64,000 bases of DNA from Haliotis rubra. Lineage: Eukaryota. The notes beneath the pieces were generated by a model, which was not told where the DNA came from, did no database searches, and was given only the letters and a program-made list of their open reading frames with translations. Position 1 is the first letter of the stretch, and each line of letters begins with the position of its first letter. Shown one piece after another: positions 12,230 to 24,646 of the stretch. The position numbers and the translations under genes were made by a program. The stretch lies in NCBI RefSeq assembly GCF_003918875.1, contig NW_025767080.1:2418001-2482000 (forward strand). Reading direction: 5' to 3'.

Positions 12230-14420
12230 TAAGATTCACCCCGCCCACAACAAATATCGCGTCAAAGTGAGCGAGCTTGCTGCCATCTCTGCACCCTAAA
12301 GTGCGCTCTAGACTTATGCGTGTCTCTTATTGCAGACAGCACTTCACTGCATTCTACTTTTGTCCGACACAAAGCGCTCTCCCCCGGGCCCCTTTCTCCC
12401 ACCCCAGGGCCTCTCTCGTCCCCCTCATCCCGAGTCTACGCGCACCTGCACAGTATTGTCCTCGCATCGATCACAAGTCTCGCGCGCGACTCGTCTTTCA
12501 AGCTATTTAATTCCGAGTCCCGCTAAAAATTGATTTCGCGTTTTTAAACGACACACAAGAGCTTTATTTGAATTTTGTCATATCCGTCCCAGTGTTAGAA
12601 ATTAGTAAATTGTACGGTCAACACTAATCGCCCCTACCATACGGGCAGGACCCATGTGCCTCGACAACTCTCTAAAACACATTCACGGGCAATATCGGGT
12701 TCCCTAGCCTCAAGCATTGTACCGCTTCGAAAGAGGCAAAACCTGACCAACAAAACCCATTTTCTCGCAGTGTGTTGTTTTTTAATTTCTTTGTGTTCCG
12801 TATCGTATTGTCAAGGCAAAATGTCAAAATCGCAAACCCTCCGAATTGTTGGCTGGTCAGCTGATCGAATCTCCAGTCGTAGTATATGCAAATATCTCAA
12901 CATGCGTGAAAATTGTTTGCTCCAATGTGGTATTTGTTTCCACTCGTTCCCAGCTTTGTTTTCAAACTCTTTCTAATTTGTGACAGAATTTCTACTAATT
13001 CAAATTGCAGAACACGCGCCCTGGGACGGTCCCTTGGTTGTAGAATACCGCACGTGCAGCACGCGCGGATGTCCATAGCGCGCCTCGTTTTCGAAGCTGT
13101 GCGGTCACTGTGTTGAATTATTGATATGGTGATATTGTTTCCCACGAGAAGTTTTTTCCGGGAAGTGATTCTAAATGACTACCGTCTACACGAGGTCGCT
13201 AGTTAATGGTCTCCATACTTTGTTGTTATTTTTCAACCCGATCAGTGAGTCGGTGTTCCGGAAATTAGTTTTCGATAATTTGAATAAATTGGTAATGTTT
13301 AGGGATTTGCCAGTGATATTTAATCACGGTCATGTCACATTTGTTTTACTCAAATGGACGCCATTTGCTCATTTTGCCCCCAGTTTATTTGGACAAAAAA
13401 TAACGCGACCAAATTACATTCCCTAAAACCCGGATGGATGAGGGAAATTACCCCAGTGTAAATCAGAAAATAGCAGATGCGGAACTAAGAGTGGTCTTCG
13501 TCGTTTACACTGCATGGTTTTGCATATTGCATCATATAATCAAAGCATATTTAATGTCGAAAACACGAATTTAATTTTCGTTTTCTTGCAACTGTAATTT
13601 GAGATATTATTCTTAAAGTTCGGTTGACATCGTTTAATGCGGGTGACCGAAATATCGCCCTTGCCTTGACACAAGCTGACAGTGCATGAAATATATTTTT
13701 TTAAAGAAACAAATTAAAAGACCCCTGTTTCAGTCCACTGGTAAAAGATTAGGGATTTTCTACAAGATATGGACGGAAAACGAAGAGGCATTGTAAATAT
13801 TTTGAATCTATGAATAATTGAAATTGTTTTTATTACGAATGAATGTTTAATGACTAATGAATTGTATTTCAAAATATTATTATTATGTGACCGCATTTCA
13901 GCACATTCAAGTGACGTGTCACTGGTTGCATATCAGGGATCTGTAAATCTCGGACTGTGGCTACAAGCGCTAGCCTTTGTTATGTTAGTACTCTTCCGCA
14001 GGCAGCTGCGGTGGAGGCACGTACCTCCGACAGGCACCTCAATCCTCAGGTGAATCGTTGCGCACGGGCCGCGCACGCGACACTCTTTGTGGGTGCGGAA
14101 CAAGAGAAATATTGGTCGACATAACAAAAGCTGAAATATGATGAGGCTTAGATGGTCAGTGGTTAGAACGACCAATCTTTGAAAACAGACTATCTTTTGA
14201 AACCGATTTTATTCACGACAATCAAATAAACTAACGCACGGGCGTTGTGCGATAGAGACAACATGGGGGTGTGCGCGCCCTAATGTATGCACACATGCCT
14301 TGGGATACACCAGCTGGGCTTGTCAGCCACCTGAGGGGTGGGGGAATGGGTAGGGGTAGGACAAAGCGTGGGACAGAATGTTGTATTGTTCCCGTTTCTC
14401 TACGCTGCAGAATAAGTATA
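12230..14420. promoter_or_regulatory. Extended CpG-retaining candidate regulatory region
   Basis: Multiple CGCG/CACGCG/CACGTG, CACCTG and CAGCTG boxes, TTCCCACGAGAA (13139), GAS-type TTCCGGGAA (13156), G4-capable tracts (12381-12405, 14335-14356). No recognisable ORF. Confidence 0.35.
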
Positions 14421-16078
14421 TTTTGTTGAAAGGTATTATGGGGACAAAAGGTCACGACCTGTATTGACATATGTCGCGGTAATTGGCCATGTCTAAAAGA
14501 GAATATTTTCTGAAAAATGTTGTTCACCTTATTAACGACATTGTAAAAATATCTGAAAAATTGAAGAATTATTAAAAAATATATACTTTATCTCATTAAG
14601 CAGGTTTATGTAAACAAGTTTCATAGACATAATTTATGTCTTTGCTGGATCCCTGGACATATATTTGTGATTTTATATATGATATTAGACGTATCGAAAA
14701 CTTAATTGGTTAAATTCATTGTTATAACAATATGACACAAACGTTATCCCGGAACAGTAAGGATTAAACTGGAACATCGAAAACGGAATTAAACATATAT
14801 TATAATAGATAGATATATATGTGCTTGAAATATTCAAATTCAAAATGCATATTTCACTCAAGAATAAGATTTCTTTTAAAATAAGACATTTAGATATTTT
14901 AGGCAATATCAAAATATTTTAGCAAGTTAAAAAAGGGGAAAATCGTATGCAAAGTGAAATTTGAAGGTAACAAATCATGAATGAAAAGAATGCCAATATA
15001 GACGTATACCAACAAACAGTTTGCGAGAAAAGGCACATAACATATCAAATTCTTCCAAATTCCACGTGCACACCTGCATTGGCGAAACAATCAATCAAAA
15101 TTTTTATTTTAATCGATTAGAGATCCCTTGAGTCTAAAGTTTGCATGTATTAAAGGTTGCCCGCTGTATGAGACAATGCCTGACAGAACGATTATGTCTG
15201 AGCGTTCTTGATTGGCTCTTTCAGTAGGCAGCCATAGTGTGCCATCTGTTCGCTTCTTTTGTGATGATAAACATCTCCCGATAAGTCTACCCGGCAGCAC
15301 TTCATAGGAAAATCCTTGTCAACCCAGTCAACATATCGGTCCCCATAAGGGCTTCCATCAAAACTTGTTTACACCGATTCTAATAAGCACATCTCGTGAT
15401 GACAGGTTCTCGGATTTGCCACTATCATGAGCCTCCGTGACATTAATGAATTAGTTGCGAGAAACTACTTGATGGCATTTATACGAAACTAAATGTTAAG
15501 TAGTTTATTTATTTAATCAAATGCGAACTACTACAGATTAATAGGGGAATTGATTTTTGTTAATGTTGATGAATGGCTCTTGGAGAGTATGTTGCGTGCT
15601 ATTTAAAACAATCCAAACGGTTTTCGTAAGTCCATTGTTGTCCGCGAAACCTACACTTGTAATTGGTAATCGTATCATTAAATGGCGAACCAGGATCCTT
15701 TCAAAGAATTTCAGTTGTAGTTTAAAACTTTGTAATGTTTCTTTGTTGAATTTATTATGTTTCAGATACGTTTTGTTATTCAGTGTAAGACAATTTATGT
15801 TCGTTTTCCTATTAATCGCCTCTCCGAATATTCTATGTATCCATACACTGCCTCCAGAGGTGGCGGTTCGTTCTGGCTCGGTGCACCATGGTCACTCAGA
15901 AATACACACAAACATCTGTGTGGATACTAAATGATGAATTTGCGGAACGATTATAATCGTGTAAAGATGCGGCACGTGAAATTTCATCCTGCATTTGGCG
16001 CTCCTGAAACACGCGCCCATTTACCTCACGTGGAATATGTGCTACATGCAGCGCACGTAATGTAGGCCTACGCATCAG

Positions 16079-16264
16079 GGCCTAGATTTTCGAAGCTCTC
16101 TTGGTGTATATGTGTATATGTGTATATGTATATATAATGTTTTTCCAGTTCACTCATGTACCACCGTTGGTGGAAGTTGAGAAAATAAAAACCTTCGAAC
16201 CTTCTAAAATAGTAGTAAGTTAATGTTAATGAATGGCACTAAGAGAGCTTCGAAAATCTAGGAC
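16079..16264. mobile_element. PIF/Harbinger-like MITE
   Basis: TIRs GGCCTAGATTTTCGAAGCTCTCTT and AAGAGAGCTTCGAAAATCTAGGAC; 3-bp CAG TSD (16076-16078, 16265-16267). Confidence 0.75.
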
Positions 16265-16267
16265 CAG

Positions 16268-16428
16268 GGTTCGAATTCTCCCCTACATTGAAGATTTTTG
16301 GGCTTTGGCTGAGCCAATGGGGGTTCAGGGTGTTCGAACCCTGAACGTAATGTAATGTAATGTAATGGGGTTCAGGGTGTTCGAACCCCTGAACCCCCCA
16401 CCCCCTCGAAATTCCTGGATCCGCCCAT
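16268..16428 (-). mobile_element. MITE fragment with GGGCGGATCCAG-type terminus
   Basis: Ends in CCTGGATCCGCCCATG; internal duplicated GGGGTTCAGGGTGTTCGAACCC separated by (TAATG)n. Confidence 0.55.
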
Positions 16429-16433
16429 GAAAA

Positions 16434-16640
16434 GATGCCGCACGTGGAGTATGTGCTACTTGTGACGCACGTGATGTACGTGCCAACAGATACCGCATGC
16501 GGAATATACGGCACCAGTGACGCGCGTGCTGTACGTGCCAACAGATACCGCATGCGGAATATACGGTACCAGTGACGCGCGTGTTGTACGTGCCAACAGA
16601 TACCGCATGGGGAATATACGGCACCAGTGACGCACGTGTT
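16434..16640. repeat. 55-bp minisatellite (about 3.7 copies; one more degenerate copy at 16020-16070)
   Basis: Unit GTACGTGCCAACAGATACCGCATGCGGAATATACGGCACCAGTGACGCGCGTGCT. Confidence 0.9.
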
Positions 16641-17079
16641 AAAAGTGTCTATAGTTACCGTATGTGAAATATGCATTCTTCAGGTGTTAAGGGTTTAAAC
16701 ATTTGAAACATGCGGTTATGTCTTTCGATTGTCGACACGTTAAATGCATGACTATGTTGGATTTATCTAGACGCCGGCAAAGTTAGCATATATATGGATG
16801 ATTAATCCTGATCCTGGCAACGGTAAGTTGAGCTAATGACATATATCGCAATGACACATTTAGACTAGAGGGCACGGGGTCTAGTTGCCACAGACGCTGC
16901 AATTAGCTGTGCCGAGTTGGACATCCCTAGCACGTGCCAGAGCCTATCATAATGGGTTCAGTTGTGGTAATGGATTTGTATCTACCATCTCCGTGTTTCA
17001 CTGAAGTGGATTCAATCACTGTATTGTCTCGCCCAGACTCGAATGTTTCCAGACCAGGATCACATAGCTGCAATACTGC

Positions 17080-17247
17080 TGAGTGAGTGAGGGAGTATGG
17101 TTTTACACCGCTTTTAGCAATATTCCAGCATTATCACGGCGGGGGACACCAGAAATAGGTTTGACACATTGCACCCATGTGGAGAATCGAACCCAGGTCT
17201 ACGGCGTGACGAGCGAGTGCTTTAACCACTAGGCCACCCACCGCCCC
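17080..17247 (-). mobile_element. SINE family A inserted into the tail of a family B SINE
   Basis: Reverse complement of the 11191 element. AATACTGCTGAGTGAG is repeated on both sides as a TSD; the host family B remnant spans about 16990-17290. Confidence 0.9.
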
Positions 17248-17407
17248 GGAATACTGCTGAGTGAGACGTGACAAAAATCAATCAATAAATAAAGTAGGAA
17301 ATTCTAAGACCTGCATGACTTTAGGTATTCTCTCGCACCTAGGTGACACACCGTGATATAACTGAACTGTTGTTCAAAGCGGTAATATACCACATCACTC
17401 ACTAACC

Positions 17408-18002
17408 CAGACAATGTCACGATGGACTAAGTCATCAGAATAATGATGAAATGAAAATACATCATAGAGGACAATGAGACACTTTGACATCATTCAGGAC
17501 AACAAAATACCTGGACGACATCATATAGGACACTGATAGACAATGTCATATAGTACAAGGAGATACGCAGACTATAGCGTATGGGGCATTGACACACTTA
17601 ACGGCATTGAGGACAATGATACACTTGGACAGCGTCATATAGGACTGACACACTAAGACAACATCATATAGGACAATGACACAGGGCCATAGAGGACAAG
17701 GGCATACGTAGACAATTGTATATAGACTGACTGACTGAGTTTAGTTTTACGCCGCTTTTAGCAATATTCCAGCAATATCACGGCGGGGGACACCAGAAAT
17801 GGGCTTAACACATTGTGCCCATGTGGGGAATCGAACCCGGGTCTTCGGCGTGACGAGCCAACGCTTTAACCACTAGGCTACCCCACCGCCCCGTATATAG
17901 AACAATGACACACTTAGAAGCGTCATAGATGACCTTGACGCACTTGGAAGAGTAATATAGGACAATGACACACGCAGACAGCGTGATATAGGACAATGAC
18001 AA
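17408..18002. repeat. Degenerate 31-bp minisatellite interrupted by a SINE
   Basis: Unit approximately GGACAATGACACACTTGGACAGCGTCATATA, repeated on both sides of 17727-17892. Confidence 0.75.
17727..17892 (-). mobile_element. SINE family A, full length
   Basis: Near-consensus copy with a (CAGT)n tail and a 9-bp TSD GTATATAGA (17718-17726, 17893-17901). Confidence 0.92.
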
Positions 18003-18021
18003 TCGTAGCCCACATCTTACA

Positions 18022-18330
18022 TAGAGGTTATTACACGAGCTAGCGTGTCATACGACTTTTACGAAACGAGTGTGAATTTTTTTATTGCCCGAGCGAGAGC
18101 GAGTTTCGTTCAAGTCATATAACACACTTGCTCGAGTGTAATGATTTATTTATTATCCGTTTTATTCATGTACATGTGTGCAGTAAAACACGGTAAGCAA
18201 GTGACGTCACGTTCAATTGTTTAATGACGTCACAGACGACAAAATACAGAAACAATGTTTGCTGGGCAAATGTGATATGTGCATACGATATATATGACAC
18301 TGGTTATGTTTCCCCATATGGATAATAAAT
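18022..18330. mobile_element. Non-autonomous DNA element with internal hairpin (Crypton-like architecture, tentative)
   Basis: Inverted pair 18030-18067 and 18103-18142, plus a second inverted pair TTATTATCC (about 18150) and GGATAATAA (about 18320). Confidence 0.45.
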
Positions 18331-18899
18331 GGCAATATTACATGACTGAGAAAAACGTATACTGCGTCACATTAAAAAGCAAAAAAAAAAAAAAAGTAGT
18401 GGAAGAGTCTTCAGGACAACCAATTCGTCAACACCGATCAATTGTGAAATGGAATCTTTTGATATTTTTTTTCATATAAAACAGAAACTGAAAATTTGAC
18501 TGTGATATGTTAATTTCAAAACATCGGCCAGTGTTAAATCACAATGGAAAAATAACAAAATGAATCGGCACATATAATTACAGGGCAAAACGCGTGATGC
18601 AAGAATCCTTCCTGGCAAATCGAATTTTGACTGTATTGTGCTATAATTACAGAATACGGAAGCGAAAAGAAACAATGAAGTGATAATGAACCTGCTATAT
18701 CCTAATTAATTACTGTGTTCCATATCCTCAAAGACAATGGCACACGTTTCAGATATCTGTTCGGTGATGATTACTTCCCTTACTCAGTCTTACGGAGAGA
18801 TCACTCGTGATTTTGTTCAAGACGATGGTGTTAATTTTGTGTGTTCCTTTCAAGACGATCATGCTAATGATCAATTTTTTCTTCAAACAATCATATTTA

Positions 18900-19700
18900 T
18901 GAGCAACCTGACCTCACAATTACAATATGAGGCCTTTCAAGTTTCCCATACCGTGGGAACAGGGTCTTAACTCACTTGTGCCATATTGTCACCATTACTA
19001 TCGTTTCCCAGCCGTATTGTGTCATTTCAGACAGACAGTATTTCACTTGAAAGAATTGACAATGTGTTCCGTCAGGGCAGCAAGCTCGCGATCCGGCTGT
19101 GTCAGAACTGGCAACCCCGTGACCCCCTTTGCCCCAGCTTCAACCCGCGCATCACGACGTGTTCCCGGTCCAAGACAACATCCTACTGCCACCTCGGTCG
19201 GAGGTTGAAGCCTTAGCGTGGGAATCCGTCGCAGAATTCGATTACAAAAGTCCACTTGTGGTCCTAGCTGTTACACTATGCGATTAAAGAGGCATTCCAA
19301 GTCCTCTCTCATTTCTCCCCAATTATTAATTCAATCATGGCAATAACGGACCGTGTTGTGTTCGCCCCAGTTCAATAACGTGGACGATTACTCCTCGGTG
19401 ACGGTGCTAATCGTGTCTCTCGCAGCCTCTCGAATTGCGATACTGACCAATTGATGCCTGTGTGCTTCCACGGCGATGCACAGCCATTTTATTGACATGC
19501 AACAATTCAAATAAACTGCACGTGAATGCCCACTCTTCGTTATCCACCGCGTTGATGTTGCGGAGATTCCTGATTAACATGGACGCTTACGGCACGAGTT
19601 TATTGTTTGACCATCCTGAATAAATAATTAATGCATACCAGAAATTTCCCACGAGAAATTCTTTCGGGATGAAATCCGATGGTTCATTATCATACAAGTT
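18900..19700. promoter_or_regulatory. Candidate Notch-responsive enhancer island
   Basis: CSL sites CGTGGGAA at 18952 and 19217 and TTCCCACG at 19646; CACGTG about 19519; GGCACGAG about 19591. Confidence 0.35.
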
Positions 19701-20499
19701 AGGTCACAGCGCAATGATGAAAAGTGCACACGTGTGAAAACAGTGACGAGTCGTCGGTTATTGTTTCACGCTGGGCTTTGTACTCTGTTATAGAAACATT
19801 AAAACGGCTAAGGTAACATACATGGAACCATATGATGTTAGAAAGATATTTTTGTGAGCTATGACAATTTAAATTTGACATTGCCAAATAGTGTTAATTA
19901 TTGACGGTTGAGTATATTAATCTTCGCTTGCCAAGCCGAAGGCTTTCGTTGCCCATATGATCGCACTGTGTAAACCAGTTCTGGTGTCCCTCGCCGTGAT
20001 ATTTCTGGAACATATCTGCAACAATCGTAAACCTCGCTCTTTCCGTAATACAATATTCGTACTGTCATAATGGGATCTGGTAGCTATGAAATGGTTTGGG
20101 ATTTTTTATAATTTTTTATTTTGTTGCATTTTTCAACATTTTATACAAACAGTTAACAATGATATTCCAGTATACATGATGAACAATCAAATAGTTTTAG
20201 CAGAATAAATCATGACATGACGACCAGAGCTTGTAGAAGGCATTGATATTACAACTAATTACTGTTACACTTTGTTATCATATAATATTCGAACAGTTTA
20301 TGTTGAAAAACTTGAAAAGATGGCATAATGTTGTTAAGCTTATATTTCGAAAAATTAGTTCCTTGAAGAGAATTAAGATGATATTTATTGGATCATTGTT
20401 TTTATTTGGATAAAAAAAAAAGAAAGCTATGAAATGGTGTTATATATTTTTGTCATCTATAGATAGGCTTTATGGTAGCGAATGGAACATACATGCAGT

Positions 20500-20705
20500 G
20501 AATTGTGAATGTGTGTGTACGTGCGCGTGCGTGCGTCTGTGCGTGTGTCTGTTTGTACAAGACTGCTCACTGGGATGCACTATACTGACTGTCCTGGCCA
20601 GTGTTTGCTTCATGTCCGTAATGCCGAGCCAGCCATGGTAACAAGCACCTGCTACCGTCTTTTGATATAAGGCAGCATGGGGATCGAACCATCAACCTTA
20701 ACACC
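20500..20705 (-). mobile_element. Degenerate SINE related to the 44440 copy and family C
   Basis: On the minus strand: B-box GGTTCGATCCC, followed by GTAGCAGGTGCTTGTTACC and CTGGCCAGGACAGTCAGTATAGTG. Confidence 0.5.
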
Positions 20706-20711
20706 ACACAC

Positions 20712-20793
20712 GGACCCGTTAATCCGGAAACCCCCATCCCAGGCGATTTTTTACTGAGTACGATACCGTCCAGATGAACGGGGTTTCACTGTA
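20712..20793. mobile_element. Short Tc1/pogo-type MITE remnant
   Basis: Terminus GATGAACGGGGTTTCACTG followed by TA. Similar decayed remnants at about 10850-11045, 52213-52330 and 58420-58622. Confidence 0.45.
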
Positions 20794-21525
20794 TTGTAAT
20801 CTTTAGCAATCACTGAAAAAAATATTCAATACGACGGGCAGGTGGTATTAAGCTTGGGGATATCACCAAACTATTTTTTGTGCATTCAAATTCGAATCTA
20901 TCCCGCGGGATGCCTTTAAATGTGTTTCTTTTATTGCCCCAACAAATCTGCCATCCACGCGTTGCAACACTGACGGCTTTTGTCCCGCTAACTTACGAGC
21001 ATCTCCCATTACCATTATATATCATGCAACTCTAAGCAATAAAACAACCAACAAAGATTTATCTCGCAACACATTTGGTTAAGTATTTGATGTTACGACA
21101 GTGACGTTGCACGCGAGAGCGAGTTCACCGTCCTCCCAGCTCTCAACCATGCTCTTACATTGGCGTCACTCTACTTCTTCTCATTCCAGGATAAACGCAC
21201 ATTGCACAAGACGTACAAAACATGAGTTATTGATACTGGGTAATATTCTGAAGGACAAACAGAAACAAACTAGAACTGGTTATTCGATGGTGATGCAGTT
21301 GAAATGGGTATCATAATTGTGTCGGCCCTAAGTTTACAGTGGTTGTTTTGCTCTTATCGTTACACATAATTAATGAGTTAGATTTTAATACTCTAATACG
21401 TTTCAGTCAATCAGCGACGACAATTTGTTGTTAGGGGCAGTAATGGTTGAATGCTACTCACAAATACATATATTCATGAATGAAAGTGAATTATTATGGT
21501 GGATTATAGGGCGTGACAGTCACAC

Positions 21526-21763
21526 AACTTGTCACAGAAGACCGGGATATCGCGATATGTTTAAAACAATGCGCATTGAGTAAGTCAAACTTGTCACAGT
21601 GGACGGGGATATCTCGATATGTTTAAAACAATGCGCATTGAGTAAGTCAAACTTGTCACAGTGGACGGGGATATCTCGATATGTTTAAAACAATGCGCAT
21701 TGAGTAAGTCAAACTTGTCACAGTGGACGGGGATATCTCGATATGTTTAAAACAATGCGCATT
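21526..21763. repeat. 62-bp minisatellite, about 3.8 copies
   Basis: Unit AACTTGTCACAGTGGACGGGGATATCTCGATATGTTTAAAACAATGCGCATTGAGTAAGTCA; copies 2-4 are identical. Confidence 0.95.
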
Positions 21764-24329
21764 ATTGCTTCTGCCCCTTTCAGCTTGCTACACTTCATTA
21801 ATGAAGAATTTAATTAATCACACACGACACAGCAATAAACTATAAAAAGCTAGGTTTTTAAAAATTTAATAATGAAAATAATATACATATTAAAAACGTC
21901 TGTGTAAATCATTGTGTATGTTTATGTGATTCCTGCACGTGGTTCCAAGTTTTGGAATTACCATCAACACTCCCTAAACGTGACAGGTGTTTACAGAGGG
22001 GCTTCAGATGGGGGTCTCGACCTTCACCCCACACACTCTGAGCGCGCGCCCTGCACGCGCGCCCTGCAGTGGCGAGTCTTTGTGCTGGTCAGCCACCAAG
22101 TCCAGCGAGGTACTGAAACTGATAATTCATCTTAACTAGTTGTACAGTACCGGTCAGCGGTCAGTATTGTAATTGTGTTGCTATGTCCATTCACTGAGCG
22201 GCCTAATGGTTGGACCTGTCAAATGATATAAAAAGATTGACATAAAAATGAGCATTCAAAATTCACGGTTGACCGGACATCAAAGTTGACCGTCAAATGA
22301 TAGGGTTTTTCATGGGTGAGGTCAGTATAATACCGACGACAATTCTAGTTATCACTTATCGATGCATGTCCAAAAAAGGCACATGTATGTTTTTTTTATC
22401 GTTTCCTATTGTCTTGTGTCCGGGATACAAGATCACAATTCTCGCCTCTTGGTACAAAGCGTCCAGCTGCCTCAAGTCGAAACACGATAAATCTGATATG
22501 AATTATCTCTGCGCGCCACGTTTTTGACGTTTATACCATTTCTTGCCATTACTATTCTTTGTAAAATTGTTTTTACGGGTATCTCTTTAGTACATAACTC
22601 TCAAAACCGCCACAAAGAAATTTAAATCATAGGAAATAGGTTGATATCGTCATGACTTTTCAACAATAAATGTACTCGGGAAATGTTAAACGACTATGGT
22701 TTAACAAAGGACAACCTCGGCAGATGGTAGATGATGTATTATATCGATTATTTGCTTGGAAATATTTCTGTCTGTAACACTTTATATTCAAGGGTAAACT
22801 GATACTAAACTGATACGTTCAAATCGGCGTGCTGTGATTTGCAGTTACAGAATCCAGTACTGTAATATGAATATGTAGAAATGATTGTTTAAAATGACAA
22901 ACATCATAACGGGAAATAACAGTCGATACAGTACCTAGACTCATGTGATGGGACACAGCTGGGTTTGCAGATCAACATATGTCCTCAATCTGATATGAAG
23001 GTTCATGTCACCTGTTTTGAAAGCAAATGCGTGCAGTTGTTTAAAGCACGCACTTGTCTGCCACACATCCCGGATTTAACGCCATGTGTTACGGCAACGT
23101 TACCAATTGTATACATGCTCACGCCACCACAACCACCCAAACAAACCCAGGGTTGTCTGATATTGATTAGCGAATGCACATATTACTTGCACATGTACAG
23201 TTCCATTTACCGTAAATATAGGGGTTATATATGCACAAGGTAATTAAACATTATGCATCCAGAAAAAAAGTTCCCCTTATTATACAATAATCACTAAAAG
23301 TAACACAAGTGAACAGGAAGTTTTATAGGAAACATATTTTGAATATTTTGTACCGACGTGTTGCTTTCATTAGAGATTGTGTCAGATACCAAAATTAAAA
23401 ATTCATCTATCAATATTTCATAATTGCAGTGAATGTGATATATGATTACTCGTCGCAGGGACTGTATGTTGGGCCAGTGGTATTGTTTTGAATTATGATC
23501 ATATTGGCCATCTGTGGGTGGACGTGGTCAGACCTGATTATAGTTCAAGAGTTCACTCTGGCTACATGGACGCATGGTGTCATTAAGAACATCAGACATT
23601 GCCAGAGCTATTTCCGTACTTGAACCGATAACCTTGCTTCCACGCTATGACATTCTGAAAGTGCCATGGCATGTCACGGCCGTGCATTATGCTATGCATT
23701 GTTCCATGTCAACACGTGCTCGTCCAAACTAACGCTAATGTACACAACAATAGCCCGTCCTTTAATTGTAATTAGCGGCGAATGTTCATTTATCACAGGA
23801 CTACACAAGTTATTAGCACTTTTACCTCGTCGAGCGCTGAGGAATTATCTGTTTGGAAACTTTGTATTGCGTTTGGCTCTTTCAGTGCATTCTAAATATA
23901 GATGACCAGAGGAGATAATGATGTGAGTGAATTTAAAGGGAATTGTTCTGTACAACTCAGACCAACATGTGGGTCGGTTGCCAACGATGTTGATTGTGGT
24001 CAGGGTAAGGGGTGACGTTTTGAGATAAGTGCAAAGCCAGGTGATGTTCCGAAAAAGGGACAAAGACAATTTTGCAGACGAATACAACTTTTTACAACTT
24101 TCATTTTCAATTAATTCATAATTGTATTCTAACGGAGGTGAGAATTATTTACATTATTTGGGCTATTGTTTGTATCAGAGATCAAACACACATGTGCCAT
24201 ATTAAAGTTCACAAAATAGCCGCTGTGATTCTTGCCAGCAGTAGATGGTTCTCTTAAATGAAAGTTTATTTCGTCTTAGCAATAGTTATAAGACTGTAAT
24301 CGTCATAGCCAAAGTTCCAGCATATCGGG

Positions 24330-24646
24330 GCTATATATTTCAAGAGGACAATTGCCCTGTCCATGTTTCTAGAAAGACAATTCAGTGGAAACGTAAGAAT
24401 GACATTCAGACAATGAATTGGCCCCCTCAGTCCCCAGACTGTGATATCATTGAAAATGTATGGAGAACTCTGAAAATCAGGCTACAAAGACAGTTACATG
24501 AAATAAAAACCAAGCAGGATATGATAGATCACGTTCAAGGTATCTGGACATCACTTAGTCCAGAGTACATAAAATCACCGTTTTCTACACTACCTAAGCG
24601 AATGAGGGCTGTACTTGCAGTGAATTATTGTATTACTAAATACTGA
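24330..24646 (+). pseudogene. 5'-truncated Tc1 (DD34E) transposase fragment
   Basis: YIFQEDNCPVH...MNWPPQSPDCDIIENVW...TKY*: second D, 34 aa spacer, E and a typical C-terminus. The HTH and first D are missing. The element probably continues to about 24930. Confidence 0.85.

Noticed and set aside
19137-19211. 9-bp inverted repeat GCTTCAACC/GGTTGAAGC
   Set aside because: Too short, with no TSD and no extended pairing; compatible with chance.
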